NCBI GenBank assembly: GCA_951406725.2
Contig: OX597829.1
Span: 46,872,001 to 46,936,000 of the forward strand
DNA length: 64,000 bases
Source: Octopus vulgaris
Taxonomy: Eukaryota
Direction: 5' to 3'
Shown here: positions 27,236 through 42,400 of the stretch, piece after piece
How the letters are laid out: each line of letters opens with the position of its first letter
How positions within the stretch are numbered: position 1 is the first letter of the stretch
Notes under the pieces: generated by a model
The model's input: only the letters and a program-made list of their open reading frames with translations
Told to the model about the DNA's origin: nothing
Databases searched by the model: none
Position numbers and translations under genes: made by a program

Positions 27236-27236
<1 letters not shown>
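26950..27236 (-). mobile_element. R4/Dong-like RLE LINE 3' end in (TAA)n
   Basis: Reverse complement encodes IPGNPKMAEIQKIVLMGTAHILRKILSM*; (ATT)n on both sides; 3' UTR shared with 38911-39232. Confidence 0.8.
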
Positions 27237-27298
<62 letters not shown>

Positions 27299-27767
27299 CA
27301 TTATTATTATTATTATTGTGGTGGTGGTGGTTATTGGCAATTTAGAACTGGAAGGCAACAAGTATAGTCGTCACTAAATGACAGAGGGTGCTAATAAGTA
27401 CCAACATTGCTAGAAATACGACTCAAAACTCTTAGGCAAGTGAGAGCAAGTGTCTAACGACAGATAAGGTAGATAAGCCCTCTTCCTACAACAAACCAGA
27501 TAGAGTCATGTTATCGAAGATTTCAGATTTAATTAGTCTTCATCTGTGACCCATTACTCTGTCACAGAGTGTTAAAGAACCTCACTCACCTTGTCAGTCT
27601 TTTAAAAAGAACTTAACTCTCCCTGTCAGTCTTATAGAGAACATCATAGGAAACTTCAACTGATTTCGAAAATGATGAAGTGAGAATTATAAATTATTAA
27701 GGTGGCTATTCGAAATTTCTACAACTTTACGATTTAGCATTTCAATAAGTTGGGTTTTTTTAAAATT

Positions 27768-27806
<39 letters not shown>

Positions 27807-27808
27807 TT

Positions 27809-27976
27809 AGGCGCATGGGTGGCTGTGTGGTAAGTAGCTTGCTAACCAACCACATGGTTCCGGGTTCCCACTGCGGGGCATCTTGGGCAAGTGTCTTCTG
27901 CTATAGCCCCGGGCCGACCAATGCCTTGTGAGTGGATTTGGTAGACGGAAACTGAAAGAAGCCTGTCGTATATATG

Positions 27977-28009
<33 letters not shown>

Positions 28010-28220
28010 TTTTTTGTGTCTGTGTTTGTCCCCCTAGCATTGCCTGACAACCGAAGCTGGTGTGTTTACGTCCCCGTCACTTAGCGGTTCGGCAAAAGAG
28101 ACTGATAGAATAAGTACTGGGCTTACAAAGAATAAGTCCTGGGGTCGATTTGCTCGACTAAAGGTGGTGCTCCAGCATGGCCGCAGTCAAATGACTGAAA
28201 CAAGTAAAAGAGTAAAAGAG
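27809..28220 (+). mobile_element. Family A SINE, full length
   Basis: Homologous to 51273. Confidence 0.9.
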
Positions 28221-28701
28221 TATATATGTAAATATATATATATATACATACATACATATATATATATATATATTTATTTACAAGATAAGGGCAGAAGAAA
28301 AATATTATATATATATATATATATATTCGTATGTATGTATGAACGCACACATACACACGCACATATATGATTTTCATGATGTTAAATTCAGTTTCGCTTT
28401 TTGGTGACCGAAACGGCAGAAATACTTGATTTCAACTATGAGATAAGGAGATTATATTTAGCGTTGTGTTGTTCATAGGAGAAATTATATTCTCTTTTAC
28501 GGAAACAAATACCATTTTGCTCTTATCTTATTTCATATCTGCAGCTGACAATTTAATTGAGTGCGTCATGCATACATGGAAAAAAATGTCTAGTAACGCA
28601 TTTAGCTCCATGGACCTCAGGTTCCATGAATCGTTACCAGAACCGGAAGGAAATATTTGTGTGTGTTTGTATGTTTGTATCTATCTATCTATATATATAT
28701 A

Positions 28702-28793
<92 letters not shown>

Positions 28794-28808
28794 TGTGTGC
28801 AGCACGAA

Positions 28809-28941
28809 GTTTTGTCAGAGAACAGGTCGCGGTCTGAAAGCGACGAAAATATTTTGACAAATTGAATTTAAATGTTGAAGTGAATCTAACGGTTTTTGTG
28901 TGTTTTAAATGGCTTATAAATACCTACCATGCTGCAATTGT

Positions 28942-28942
<1 letters not shown>
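28809..28942 (+). repeat. Dispersed repeat family G, copy 2
   Basis: Similar to 26663-26797. Confidence 0.7.
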
Positions 28943-29010
<68 letters not shown>

Positions 29011-29056
29011 CCAAAATTTCCGTCACGTGGAGCAATTTAACCCATACTCCCTTATT

Positions 29057-29107
29057 TCTTCTTCTTCTTCTTCTTCTTCTTCTTCTTCTTCTTCTTCTTC
29101 TTCTTCT

Positions 29108-29143
<36 letters not shown>

Positions 29144-29437
29144 ATTTGATGGAATAGTTGGAAAGGTGATTTTTACACCAAAGGCATCTATGAAAGAAAG
29201 AAAAAACAGAAAAGGAACGTAATGAAAGATAGAAATAAAGAAAGGGATTCTGAAGGAGGAAAAAGGCGAAAGAAAGAATGAAAGCATGAAAAAAGAAAAG
29301 AAGGAAGGAAAGAAGAAAGAATGAATGAAAAAAGGGCAAAAAAAAAAACCCTGAAAAACAAAAACAATGAATGAGCGGAAGAATAGTGAAAGAAAGAGAG
29401 GGAAATGGATAAAAGGTAAAAGAGTGTGAGAAAACGA

Positions 29438-29476
<39 letters not shown>

Positions 29477-29740
29477 GAAGGAAGGAAGGAAAGGAAGGAA
29501 GGAAGGAAGGAAGGAAGGAAGGAAGGAAGGAAGGAAGGAAGGAAGGAAGGAAGGAAGGAAGACAGAAAGAAAGAAAGGAAAGGAAGGAAGGAAGGAAGAA
29601 AGGAAGAAAGAAAAAAAGAAAGAAAGAAAGAAAGAAGGAAAGAAAGAAAGAAAGAAAGAAGGAAAGAAAGAAAGAAAGAAAGAAAGAAAGAACGCAAGAA
29701 AGAAAGAAAGAAATGAAAAGAAGGAAAGAAGGAAGGAAGG
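29057..29740. repeat. (CTT)n/(CTTT)n then (GAAA)n/(GGAA)n arrays
   Basis: Direct reading. Confidence 0.93.
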
Positions 29741-29984
29741 ATGTAGAATAGTCCTGGTTTCCATGAAATAACTGAATAACAGATTGGTAATTCCGAGTTT
29801 GCTGTATTCTGGCTCTCCAGAAACACTTCTAACAGAACCAAGGAAACTACTCAACATCTAAATACAATGACAACAGCGTGGCTGGAAAAAGTATAAAAGA
29901 ATAATGGAGGACATAGTAAATTGCTTCAGGACAAAAATAACTCGACAGATACACGGAAAATGCGTCAATAAAATTGCGTTGCGC

Positions 29985-31260
<1,276 letters not shown>

Positions 31261-31656
31261 TTTCTTGAAGTGATAGTTGTAACGGTAGCGAACTATCGCC
31301 ATTATTAATGTGTTATAAAACGTTGCTAGGATTTTAATTTTAGCGTAAAAACCATTCTGCAAGTTCTTCGGAGTAACGTATATGAAGTGGTGGAAAACTG
31401 AAAAGGTTTGAATATAAAAGTTTTTAACTGAATGGCTCTTACTTGATATCAGAGACAGGAGTAGTTCTTCATTGATCTTGTGATTTTCTATTCTGCCAAC
31501 TCAGGCAAAATACATATGCAAACACAACCAGAAGAACTTGTTACATTCTACATAATAATAATATATTTTGAGCCAGCAAGACTTAAGGAGGAATAAATAT
31601 CTACACAAACCTCGGTAAATCAATGAGCCCTGAAGAATAGAATTGTGCATAGAAAT

Positions 31657-31657
31657 A

Positions 31658-31688
<31 letters not shown>

Positions 31689-31753
31689 ATATCTATCTAT
31701 CTATCTCTCTATCTATCTATCTATTTATATATCTATCTATCTATCTCTCTATC

Positions 31754-31806
<53 letters not shown>

Positions 31807-31847
31807 GTCCTGTCTGTGTGCAGCCCTGTGTGGCTAATAAAGAAACA

Positions 31848-31912
<65 letters not shown>

Positions 31913-31935
31913 CTATCTATCTATCTATCTATCTA

Positions 31936-31969
<34 letters not shown>

Positions 31970-32197
31970 ATCTATCTATCTAATCTATCTATCTATCTAT
32001 CTATATATCTATCTATCTAATCTACCTATCTATCTATCTATCTAATATATCTATCTAACTAACTATATATCTATCTATCTATCAATCTATCTATCTATCT
32101 AATCTATCTATCTATCTAATATAATCTATCTATCTATCTAATCTATCTATCTAATATAATCTATCTATCTATCTAATCTATCTATCTATCTATCTAT
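31657..32197. repeat. (TATC)n array
   Basis: Direct reading. Confidence 0.95.
31806..31848 (+). mobile_element. 43-bp 3' stub of the Tx1-like LINE inside (TATC)n
   Basis: TGTCCTGTCTGTGTGCAGCCCTGTGTGGCTAATAAAGAAACAT matches the terminus of the 19624 copy. Confidence 0.9.
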
Positions 32198-32780
32198 ACC
32201 TTTCTCTCTCTCTCTCACTTTCGCTAGACACACGCACGCACAAGTCCTAGACTTGATCTGTTCCACTAAAACATTTCAATGTGGTGCTCCTGCATGGCCG
32301 CAGGCAAATAATGATAGAAACAATTAAATTATAGAATAAATACAAACATACATACATACATACATAATTACATACATACATATGCAAATATTACTCAGTT
32401 ATTGCTAATGCACGTGACAATAAGACTCATTTCTATTCGTAGTTGTCTCCTGCAGTTTCCAAAACCAATAATACAATAAAGCAGCCATTGAGTGTGATTT
32501 CCCTTTTCTCGGCACATGATCATTTCTAATTATATTGGCAACACTCGCTGCGTTAAATATATTCATACTAGCTATTATGTATAAGCATATTTCAATAAAA
32601 TAAGTAACCCGACATTGGAAATTAGTGATTCATATATTTTATATATATGTTGCAAAGAAGAAGAAACACGAAATCGATTTCTAAGGTCTCGCAGACCAAA
32701 AACATAGGTTGAAGTGGCTAATACGTCATCTATAGAATATTTGAACTAAAACTGTTATTGAAAGTTAATGGATTTTTATA

Positions 32781-33042
32781 AGTAGTTCTCAAACAATTTT
32801 GATCTATGGACCCCTTTGAATATTATTTTATTCCCGTGGATTTCCATAGAACATTCGGTGTTAAAAACTACTTTTATAGATACTTCTTTCAAAATTGCGC
32901 CTGAGTTTTTCACACCAGTCATATGTGTAGTTTGAACAGTGTAAAATGTTGGAGAAAGAAAACTAGCCGTTTCTAACAATAGATACATCTAAAGCAGACG
33001 TTTTTCACGGCCCTCCTCAGGGGTCATATGAACCGCCAGTAA
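32781..33042. mobile_element. Possible hAT-like MITE relic
   Basis: AGTAGTTCTCAAAC start and subterminal ATGGACCCC/GGGGTCATATG motifs; right TIR not clear. Confidence 0.3.
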
Positions 33043-33069
33043 CATATATATATATATATATATATATAT

Positions 33070-33478
33070 ACTCTCTTTTACTCTCTTTTACTTGTTTCAG
33101 TCATTTGACTGCGGCCATGCTGGAGCACCGCCTTTAGTCGAGCAAATCGACCCCGGGACTTATTCCTTGGAAGCCCAGTACTTATTTTATCGGTCTCTTT
33201 TGTCGAACCGCTAGGTGACGGGGACGTAAACACACCAGCATCGGTTGTCAAGCAATGCTAGGGGGACAAACACAGACACACAAACATATACACACACACT
33301 TATATATATATGCATATATACGACAGGCTTCTTTCAGTTTCCGTCTACCAAATCCACTCACAAGGCATTGGTCGGCCCGGGGCTATAGCAGAAGACACTT
33401 GCCCAAGATGCCACGCAGTTGGACTGAACCCGGAACCATGTGGTTGGTTAGCAAGCTACTTACCACACAGCCACTCCA
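33070..33478 (-). mobile_element. Family A SINE
   Basis: Homologous to 30-448. Confidence 0.9.
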
Positions 33479-33494
33479 TATATATATATATATG

Positions 33495-33670
33495 ATGGAC
33501 TCTCCCGTCGAAAACTATGTATGGGTGTTCAGCTTTTGCCGAATTACCTGCACAACTGATTTATTTATAGGGATCAAATGTTCGGGCCGCACATTCACTC
33601 ACTCTCTCCATCAAATCGACGTTGCCTAAGCAGGTGCAGTCTGTACCACGCGTCAGATGTCAAACGGATC
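33495..33670 (-). mobile_element. Family E SINE-like 3' fragment
   Basis: Aligns by eye with 11550-11722. Confidence 0.55.
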
Positions 33671-33680
33671 ACACACACAC

Positions 33681-33726
<46 letters not shown>

Positions 33727-33760
33727 TGTATTGTGTGTGTGTATGTATATATATATATAT

Positions 33761-33980
33761 ATTTCTTTATTGCCCACAAGGGGCTAAACACAGAAGGGAC
33801 AAACAAGGACAGAAAAAGGGATTAGGTCGATTACATCGACCCCAGTGCGTAACTGGTACTTAATTTATCGACCCCAAAAGGATGAAAGGCAAAGTCGACC
33901 TCGGCGGAATTTGAACTCAGAACGTAACGGCAGAAGAAATACGGCTACGCATTTCGCCCAGTTTCTGCCAGCTCGCCGCC
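33761..33980 (-). mobile_element. Family B SINE
   Basis: Homologous to 1769. Confidence 0.9.
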
Positions 33981-33981
33981 T

Positions 33982-34138
<157 letters not shown>

Positions 34139-34814
34139 GTGTGTATCTATGTATGTATTTGTGCGTGTGTGTATGAGTACGAAAATAAAGCTGGTACATT
34201 TTAGGGAAAATGTAATGAATATTCAAATACTTCTGTAACTCCCCTGATTTTGCTTTCCTTATATGTGGGTTTATGGCAATTTAACAAGTTATTCCATGTA
34301 GGAACTCAGGAGATAGTCCGATCTCTATATGCGCAGATGCTAGTAAATAAGATTCATGTGTATACGTAAGAATGTATATTTCTTTATGCAATGTATGTAT
34401 CAGTGTATGTGTATGTGTATACATGTATGAGCATATATGCGTAAAATGAAATTACTCTTTTAGTACGCGTATGTTTAGATGTTAGTAATAAAAATAAAAA
34501 AAAACATATATGGCTTCAACCGAAAGGCAGAAAACTTTAAAGGAATTCGGGAATATTTAGGTCATCAAACACCCACGCACACACATGCACACGCACGCAT
34601 GCACGCACGCATGCAGTCACACACAACAAACGCACGCATACACGTGCAAGTGCGCGTATATATATGAATACGTACAAACACACACACACAACATATTCAT
34701 ATATATATGTATGTGTATATCGATACACACATACACATACATATATATGCATATATATATATACACATATATATGCATGTATATATAGATACATATATAT
34801 ATATAGATAGATAC

Positions 34815-34909
<95 letters not shown>

Positions 34910-35791
34910 GATAGGCGGAAAGAAGACATGAAGATAGATATATATCTATACATACATTCTGTATGTGTGCCTATCTTTTCGAGAACATCGCATTTTATGT
35001 GCTCAAGTGGATACTTTATACAGAAGATTAAATAAATGTTAAATTCCAGGGGAAAGAAAGAAAGAAACAGAGTATTAAAGAAAGAATTTTTATGGATATC
35101 TTTCATTAGATTATTCTGAACGTCCAATATTGAGTAAAATCAAAATGCTAAATTATGCTACGAGCTCTTTAGATCAGAGTAATATTAGTCGAAAGCAGGA
35201 AAGAAAGCATCGATTTTTTTACTTTACTGTTCTTTCATAAAACGAAGCTAACGATATTGAATATGCAACGAAACAAACTAAAATGAGTAGACAAAAGTAT
35301 AGGACAGAGGACTTCAAAGAGGAATGAAATAGTACCCTACGTGATCACCACAGATTACAAATTTTCAGAACGTCGTAATAATTAAACAATATAGAATTTA
35401 ATATTTGACTTCTACGTATTTCTTTTTCTAAATACCTTAATTCAAAAATTCAAATGTCTGATCCCGTCAAATCTCATGAACAAGTTATTATCGCATTTGT
35501 AATAACTTGGACAGAGAAATCTGAAAGGAAGTGATCTATGCCAAAATTATGATTCAGGAATTGTAAATAACTGTAAATATTTCCAGAAGTTTATCATTTA
35601 AGTATCTTATTAATTTCGGTCACAATGATACCGTATTTATCTATTTTAGGATTATAAAGTGATTGTGACTCTAATCAACATTGTTCACCGTTGACACTTT
35701 CAGGATCATTCTCAATATAAGGCAAATTGTGTCTGGAAACTAAACAGAAATAAAACAATCGCAAATACTAGTAGATGAAATAAGACACCAC

Positions 35792-36180
35792 TGGTGTTAC
35801 TCAACAAGGTACGCAGCTCGGAGATCAAGGCGCCTCTTCAGTTTCAGCCTCTACCTCTTGGCTTGAAAAGTCACTGCTCAGGTACTTCGGCCATGCGAAT
35901 AAAATGTTTCAGGAAAGAATCACAAGACCTATGCTTCAAGCTAAGCCACTGGCAATAGACCTAATCGATAGACCAAGAAAGAGATGGTTGGATAATATCC
36001 ATAGCTTCAGTCGGTAGTGTTTCAGAATCGATCCGGAAAATCTAATGATTTTGAGTCCGATAGAGAATGTGACTGAAGACTCTACCTCCACAATCCTCCC
36101 ATGAATGGTGGGTAGAGAAGATGAATGGATGGGCTGACGGATAGATGGATGGATCGATGGATGGATCGATCGATCGATGG
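35792..36180 (+). mobile_element. RTE-clade (Rex3/Expander-like) LINE 3' relic with (GGAT)n-like tail
   Basis: Degenerate KVRSSEIK..LEKSLLRYFGHANKM..RIT..QAKP..RPRKRWLDNI..LPPQ, matching the RTE C-terminal LRWFGHV..GRPR.RW motif. Confidence 0.75.
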
Positions 36181-36649
36181 GTCAAGTAATGGCCCCTATA
36201 ACACACCAAAAGATTCTTCAAAATTAATAAGGATGCCGAGATTTCTTGAAAATTGGTTGCTAAAGCCATAAGGAACCCTTAAAATTTTTCTTTCACTGGT
36301 GATTATATGGAGCAAGTCATACTATCAGAAAACATTTACAAACCATACTGGGAGGGGGGGATTGAACCCAGTACAAATGTTTAATCAAATACAGTGGCGA
36401 GCCTTGGCCACCATGCATGGCTTTGTAACTAAGGCATTCAATCCATCTTATTGCATTGTATCTTGAGCTGATTCTTTTGATATAACTTCAGGTTGACTCT
36501 CTTCTAAGTGACTCATCTCGTGCAGGACCCGTTGTCAATGGTTACATACACACAAACACAAACACACAAATACATACATACACACTCACGCACAGCTCTT
36601 TACACATATATGATGCATGATATATGCATCTATGCATACTTCTATGTCA

Positions 36650-36785
36650 TTATGCAGTTTTATTTCTTGCCAATAGCAAAACACGGCCGGTTTCTAACCG
36701 TCACTGGAATTTCAAAAACATCAACTGGGTATTTTTGTATGTGCGCATGTATGTATGCATGTATATGTGCAGATTTGTATGTATG
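36650..36785 (-). mobile_element. 3' UTR end of the (TACA)n-associated RLE LINE
   Basis: CAGTTTTATTTC..TTGCCAATA..CCGGTTTCTAAC..GGAATTTCAA..GTATTTTTG shared with 43460 and 44208. Confidence 0.7.
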
Positions 36786-36913
36786 TATGCATGTATGTAT
36801 GTATGCATGTATGTATGCATGTATGTATGTATGTATGTATGTATGTATGTATGTATGTATGTATGTATGTATGCATGTATGTATGTATGTATGTATGTAT
36901 GTATGTATGTATG

Positions 36914-36947
<34 letters not shown>

Positions 36948-37545
36948 TGTATGTATGTATGTATGTATGTATGTATGTATGTATGTATGTATGTATGTAT
37001 GTATGTATGTATGTATGTATGTATGTATGTACGTATGTATTTATGTATGTATGTATGTATGTATGTATGTATGTATGTATGTATGTATGTATGTATGTAT
37101 GTATGTATGTATGTATGTATGTATGTATGTATGTATGTATGTATGTATGTATGTATGTATGTGTGTATGTATGTATGTATGTATGTATGTATGTATGTAT
37201 GTATGTATGTATGTATGTATGTATGTATGTATGTATGTATGTATGTATGTATGTATGTTTGTATGTATGTATGTATGTATGTATGTATGTATGTATGTAT
37301 GTATGTATGTATGTATGTATGTATGTATGTATGTATGTATGTATGTATGTATGTATGTATGTATGTATGTATGTATGTATGTATGTATGTATGTATGTAT
37401 GTATGTATGTATGTATGTATGTATGTATGTATGTATGTATGTATGTATGTATGTATGTATGTATGTATGTATGTATGTATGTATGTATGTATGTATGTAT
37501 GTATGTATGTATGTATGTATGTATGTATGTATGTATGTATGTATG
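36740..37545. repeat. (TGTA)n microsatellite, ~800 bp
   Basis: Direct reading. Confidence 0.97.
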
Positions 37546-37689
37546 CAGTCGTGCTAGCAGAGATTTTAAATGACCGATGTTTGTTCAGACTTTCTTTACT
37601 GCAAGATTGAAAGGTCAGCTATGTCTTTCATCTCATCGATATCGATAAAGTTCCAGTTCACAAAATAAGCTGTGAGTTTTCATCAAATA

Positions 37690-38403
<714 letters not shown>

Positions 38404-38500
38404 TCCGCTCTGAATAACAGAAGAGAGCTCCGCGCTGAATAACAGTAGAGAACTTTGTGCTGAAGAGGAAGAGATCTCCGCGCTGAATAACAACATAGAT
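38404..38500. repeat. ~25-bp minisatellite, 4 diverged units
   Basis: TCCGCGCTGAATAACAG.AGAGA-like units. Confidence 0.75.
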
Positions 38501-38910
38501 GTGCTACACCGGGCTCTGCATTAAAAACAAATCTAATCTGATAATATCGGTGGAAGTGGGATGAAAGAATCTGTGGAAGACTTGAAAGAAGCGGCCTTTT
38601 AACGAAAATAATCACAAAAACGAAATTTTACTGCCATACAAAGTACAGCTTCTCCCATGCACGATGTCTCGGTGAAACATGTGTGAAAGACACAAGCGAA
38701 ATCAAGATCGGAAAGTTTACAAATTATAAAATATGAGTGGAACAAAACAATAAGTTCGTAAATTGATTAATTGTGTATACACTCGGATATCTATATAACC
38801 ATATATACATTTTAATATCCATAGTTACTAGACATACATCGCAAAGCCCTTACCCATCAATGGTTAGTGTCTTCTGGCTTAAAATCAGAAACAGAAGTAT
38901 TTATCATAGC

Positions 38911-39232
38911 AATACCTGTTATCATAGGTGCCCTAGGAATGATAACAAAAAGGGTTACCTAGCTCATGAAGCACCAAAATGGCAGAAATTCAAATGATAG
39001 TGCTCATGGGGACTGCCCTATATCCTACGTAAAATACTGTCTCAAATTTTAAAACAAACACATAATTTTCTTATGTTTTCTTAAACATTTTCTTGAACAA
39101 TACTATGTACAAAACCAAATATATGGTACCCTAGGCATAACACCAGCATGAACTTCTAATTTGTTGTTTTTGGAGGTCTCTGGGTGAGACATGTAGTCAT
39201 CTTGTACAAATACAAAGCAAAAGTCAAACATA
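38911..39232 (+). mobile_element. R4/Dong-like RLE LINE 3' end followed by (TAA)n
   Basis: IPVIIGALGMITK..PKMAEIQMIVLMGTA..ILRKILS; ends CAAAAGTCAAACAT like the 26950 copy. Confidence 0.8.
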
Positions 39233-39265
39233 TAATGATAACAATAATGATGATAATAATAATAA

Positions 39266-39388
<123 letters not shown>

Positions 39389-39551
39389 AATAATAATAAT
39401 AATAATCATGAAGTAAATGAATGATAGCCAAGTGAATACTAGTTCAATTTTTGAAGGTTAAACTGCGAATTAAATCATACGCGCTAATTGCATTTCACTA
39501 CTTCTTTATACTCTGTAAATTAGATAACTGGTTAATTAAGTAGCAAACAAA

Positions 39552-39643
39552 TGAACTGATGTATTAGTTTGTCGTCAAAGTTCTTTCGTCAAGGCCTGAA
39601 CTGATGTATTAGTTTGTCGTCAAAGTTCTTTCGTCAAGGCCTG
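39552..39643. repeat. Perfect 45-bp tandem duplication
   Basis: TGAACTGATGTATTAGTTTGTCGTCAAAGTTCTTTCGTCAAGGCC x2. Confidence 0.95.
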
Positions 39644-39963
39644 TAACCTTATCAATGTGACTGTGCCCCCTTTTGCACCTCTGCATGTCAGCACACATTT
39701 TTCATATTTGCTCTGTGTTTTCTATCATCGGAATCTAATGGTGAAGTGTAAAATAAATTAGTTGCAACACCAGGTGTAATTTAGTTGAGTATCTTGACTA
39801 AGAGATATATCTCTATACACGATACAACCCATGAAATATTTGACGTTCTTGTTTGCCGTATCATTAGGGTCAGCTGTGAACTGTGAATTTCCGATTATTT
39901 ATCAAGAGTTGGCAAACACAATAGATGCACTTACATAAGCACAGAGACACACACACACATACG

Positions 39964-40007
<44 letters not shown>

Positions 40008-40804
40008 AGAGAGAGAGAGAGATACATATAAATATATCCGTGGATGCGTGTGTGTGAATGTGTTTGTATATATATGTGTGCTCGTGTGTGTGCATGTATA
40101 TATGTATATATATATATACACATATATGCATGTATGTATATATATATATATATATATATACATACATATATGCATGTATGTATATATGTGTGTGTGTGTG
40201 TGTGTATCTGTGAATGTGTGTGAGTCTGGGTATACGTACATGCACACGCATAAACACTTATATACATGTATGTATGCATGCATGTATGTATGTGTATGTA
40301 TGCATGTATGTATGTATGTATGTGTATGTATGTATGCATGTATGTATGTATGTATGTATGTATGTATGTATGCATGTATGTATGTATGCATGTATGTATG
40401 TATGTATGTGTATGTATGTATGTATGTATGTATGTATGTATGCATGTATGTATGTATGTATGTGTATGTATGTATGTATGTATGTATGTATGTATGTATG
40501 TATGTATGTGTGTGTGTATGTGAGGTATGTATGTGCGAGTGTATATATGTATGTATGTATATGCGCTATCTTCAGAAACTTCCATTTCGGTTGATGCGTT
40601 GTTCATGTTGAATATGTTGGTAGTGTTAATTAGGTTGCTGTTAATCATGTCGATGTTAATTAAGTTGTTTCATTCATTGTCAACTAACTTAATTTGCAAA
40701 CAGATCACGAACAAACAACGAAGATTCTACGTGGTCACTCGACCTGCTTGAAACAGCAGCCAAGTCCCCATTAAAATCAGCTTTTTGTCTTCAAAATTTA
40801 TTAT

Positions 40805-41010
40805 CCTTTATCTTCTACTTGTTTGAGTGCGGCCATGCTGGGGCACCGCCTTGAAGATGTTTAAGTCGAATGAATCGACCCCAGTACTGATTTTTCTTGA
40901 AACCCTGGTGTTTAATCTATCAGTCTGCCTTTTGCCGAACCGCTAGGTTACTGGGACGTAAACACACTAACACCAGTTAGTGAGACACACACAGCGCTAC
41001 TGGGACACAC
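40805..41010 (-). mobile_element. Older family A SINE 3' half
   Basis: GCGGCCATGCTGGGGCACCGCC...TTTTGCCGAACCGCTAGGTTAC. Confidence 0.8.
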
Positions 41011-41044
41011 ACACATACACACACACACACACACACATATATAT

Positions 41045-41753
41045 ATGTCTGTATGAGTTAGAGGCTAAGTAACCATCTAAGGGATATTGAATATCCAATA
41101 TACTACTGGATGTGTACCTTAGTATTGATAAACAAGTGCTAAATATTGCATGGCAATATCCAAATTGAAAACTAGGTATAGGTGGGAGTAAAGCAGAAAT
41201 TTACCCAGGATTTACAAGGCAAATTAGAAAATGGAGAGGATATACAATCAACAAACATCAGCCAGCAAACATTCAATTATATCTATTTATTAGTTGATGA
41301 CAATCATACGTGTAAGTGATCCAAGTAAACGAATGAAATAAACCAATAAATACATGTCTCATCATTATATGTTATAATTAATATATATGATATAATTAAT
41401 GATGAGACACGTGTTATTTGTCTCTGAATTATAAGTTAGTTGTTAAGGCACGGTTACTGATGAGAATTCGCCTAGCAAATTATTTTATTTGCTAAAGAAA
41501 TTTGAAACCTAGGTATAACCGCAAAAAAATAACAAGGTAAAAGTTTTTAGTTTTCATTCCCTTCGAAAATTGCTTTTAAATGTGGTTTTGGTCGTTTTGA
41601 CTGCTTCTTCTAGTGTGTAAAATTACCTGTTAAAGGTAGTTTTCTCATGCGTTTAAATGTACACCATTTTATATTGTGAATATGTTGTCTATTGACTAGT
41701 TATACATGGTAGGCCATTGGTGGTGATATTTCTAAGGATATTCGCTACCCTTT
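41045..41753 (+). mobile_element. PLE terminal region with tandem hammerheads and tail ending TACCCT-(TA)n
   Basis: Degenerate hammerhead 41103-41182, inverted repeat 41355-41367/41397-41409, intact hammerhead 41451-41521, tail GCCATTGGT..TACCCT; TA tracts at both ends. Confidence 0.65.
41451..41521 (+). ncRNA. Type I hammerhead ribozyme motif (intact)
   Basis: CGGTTA-CTGATGA-GAATT..TAGCAAAT(tatttt)ATTTGCTA..AATTT-GAAA-CCTAGG-TA-TAACCG: 6-bp stem I, extended stem II, palindrome ACCTAGGT, GUA site after 41515. Confidence 0.88.
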
Positions 41754-41999
41754 ATATATATGTGTAGGACGAGCTTCCACACTGTTTCCAGCTAACAAAT
41801 TCACTTACAATGTATTGATAAGCCCGGGGTAGTGGACTTCTTAACCAGAAAACCATGCCTAGCCTGAAATTTCCGGACATGATATACATACACGGTGGTT
41901 ACGATGATGCTGTAAACGATGAAGACAAGAATATTGGAAATGATGAAAACGACAATGGCAATCAGGAAGACGACGATGACAACGACGAAGACGCTCATG

Positions 42000-42048
42000 A
42001 TGGTGGTGGTGGTGCTGGTGGTGGTGGTGGTGGTGGTGGTGGTGGTGG

Positions 42049-42079
<31 letters not shown>

Positions 42080-42288
42080 GCTGGTGGTGGTGCTGGTGCT
42101 GGTGGTGCTGGTGCTGGTGCTGGTGGTGCTGGTGGTGGTGCTGGTGGTGCTGGTGGTGCTGGTGGTGCTGGTGGTGGTGGTGCTGGTGCTGGTGGTGCTG
42201 GTGCTGGTGCTGGTGCTGGTGCTGGTGGTGCTGGTGCTGGTGGTGGTGGTGGTTTTGGTGGTGCTGGTGGTGGTGGTGGTGCTGGTGG

Positions 42289-42319
<31 letters not shown>

Positions 42320-42400
42320 GGTGGTGCTGGTGGTGCTGGTGGTGCTGGTGGTGAGGAAGTGGAGGAGGAAGAGGAGGATGACGAGGAGGAGGAGGAGGGA
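42000..42400. repeat. (GGT)n/(GCT) trinucleotide array then (GAG)n
   Basis: Direct reading. Confidence 0.95.

Noticed and set aside
29750-29980. Possible further R4-like C-terminus (LQK..RKLLNI*)
   Set aside because: Too degenerate, and the adjacent TTA tract is in the opposite orientation.
38404-38500. CRISPR-like repeat arrangement (also 44356-44860)
   Set aside because: Eukaryotic context, no unique fixed-length spacers, no cas genes.
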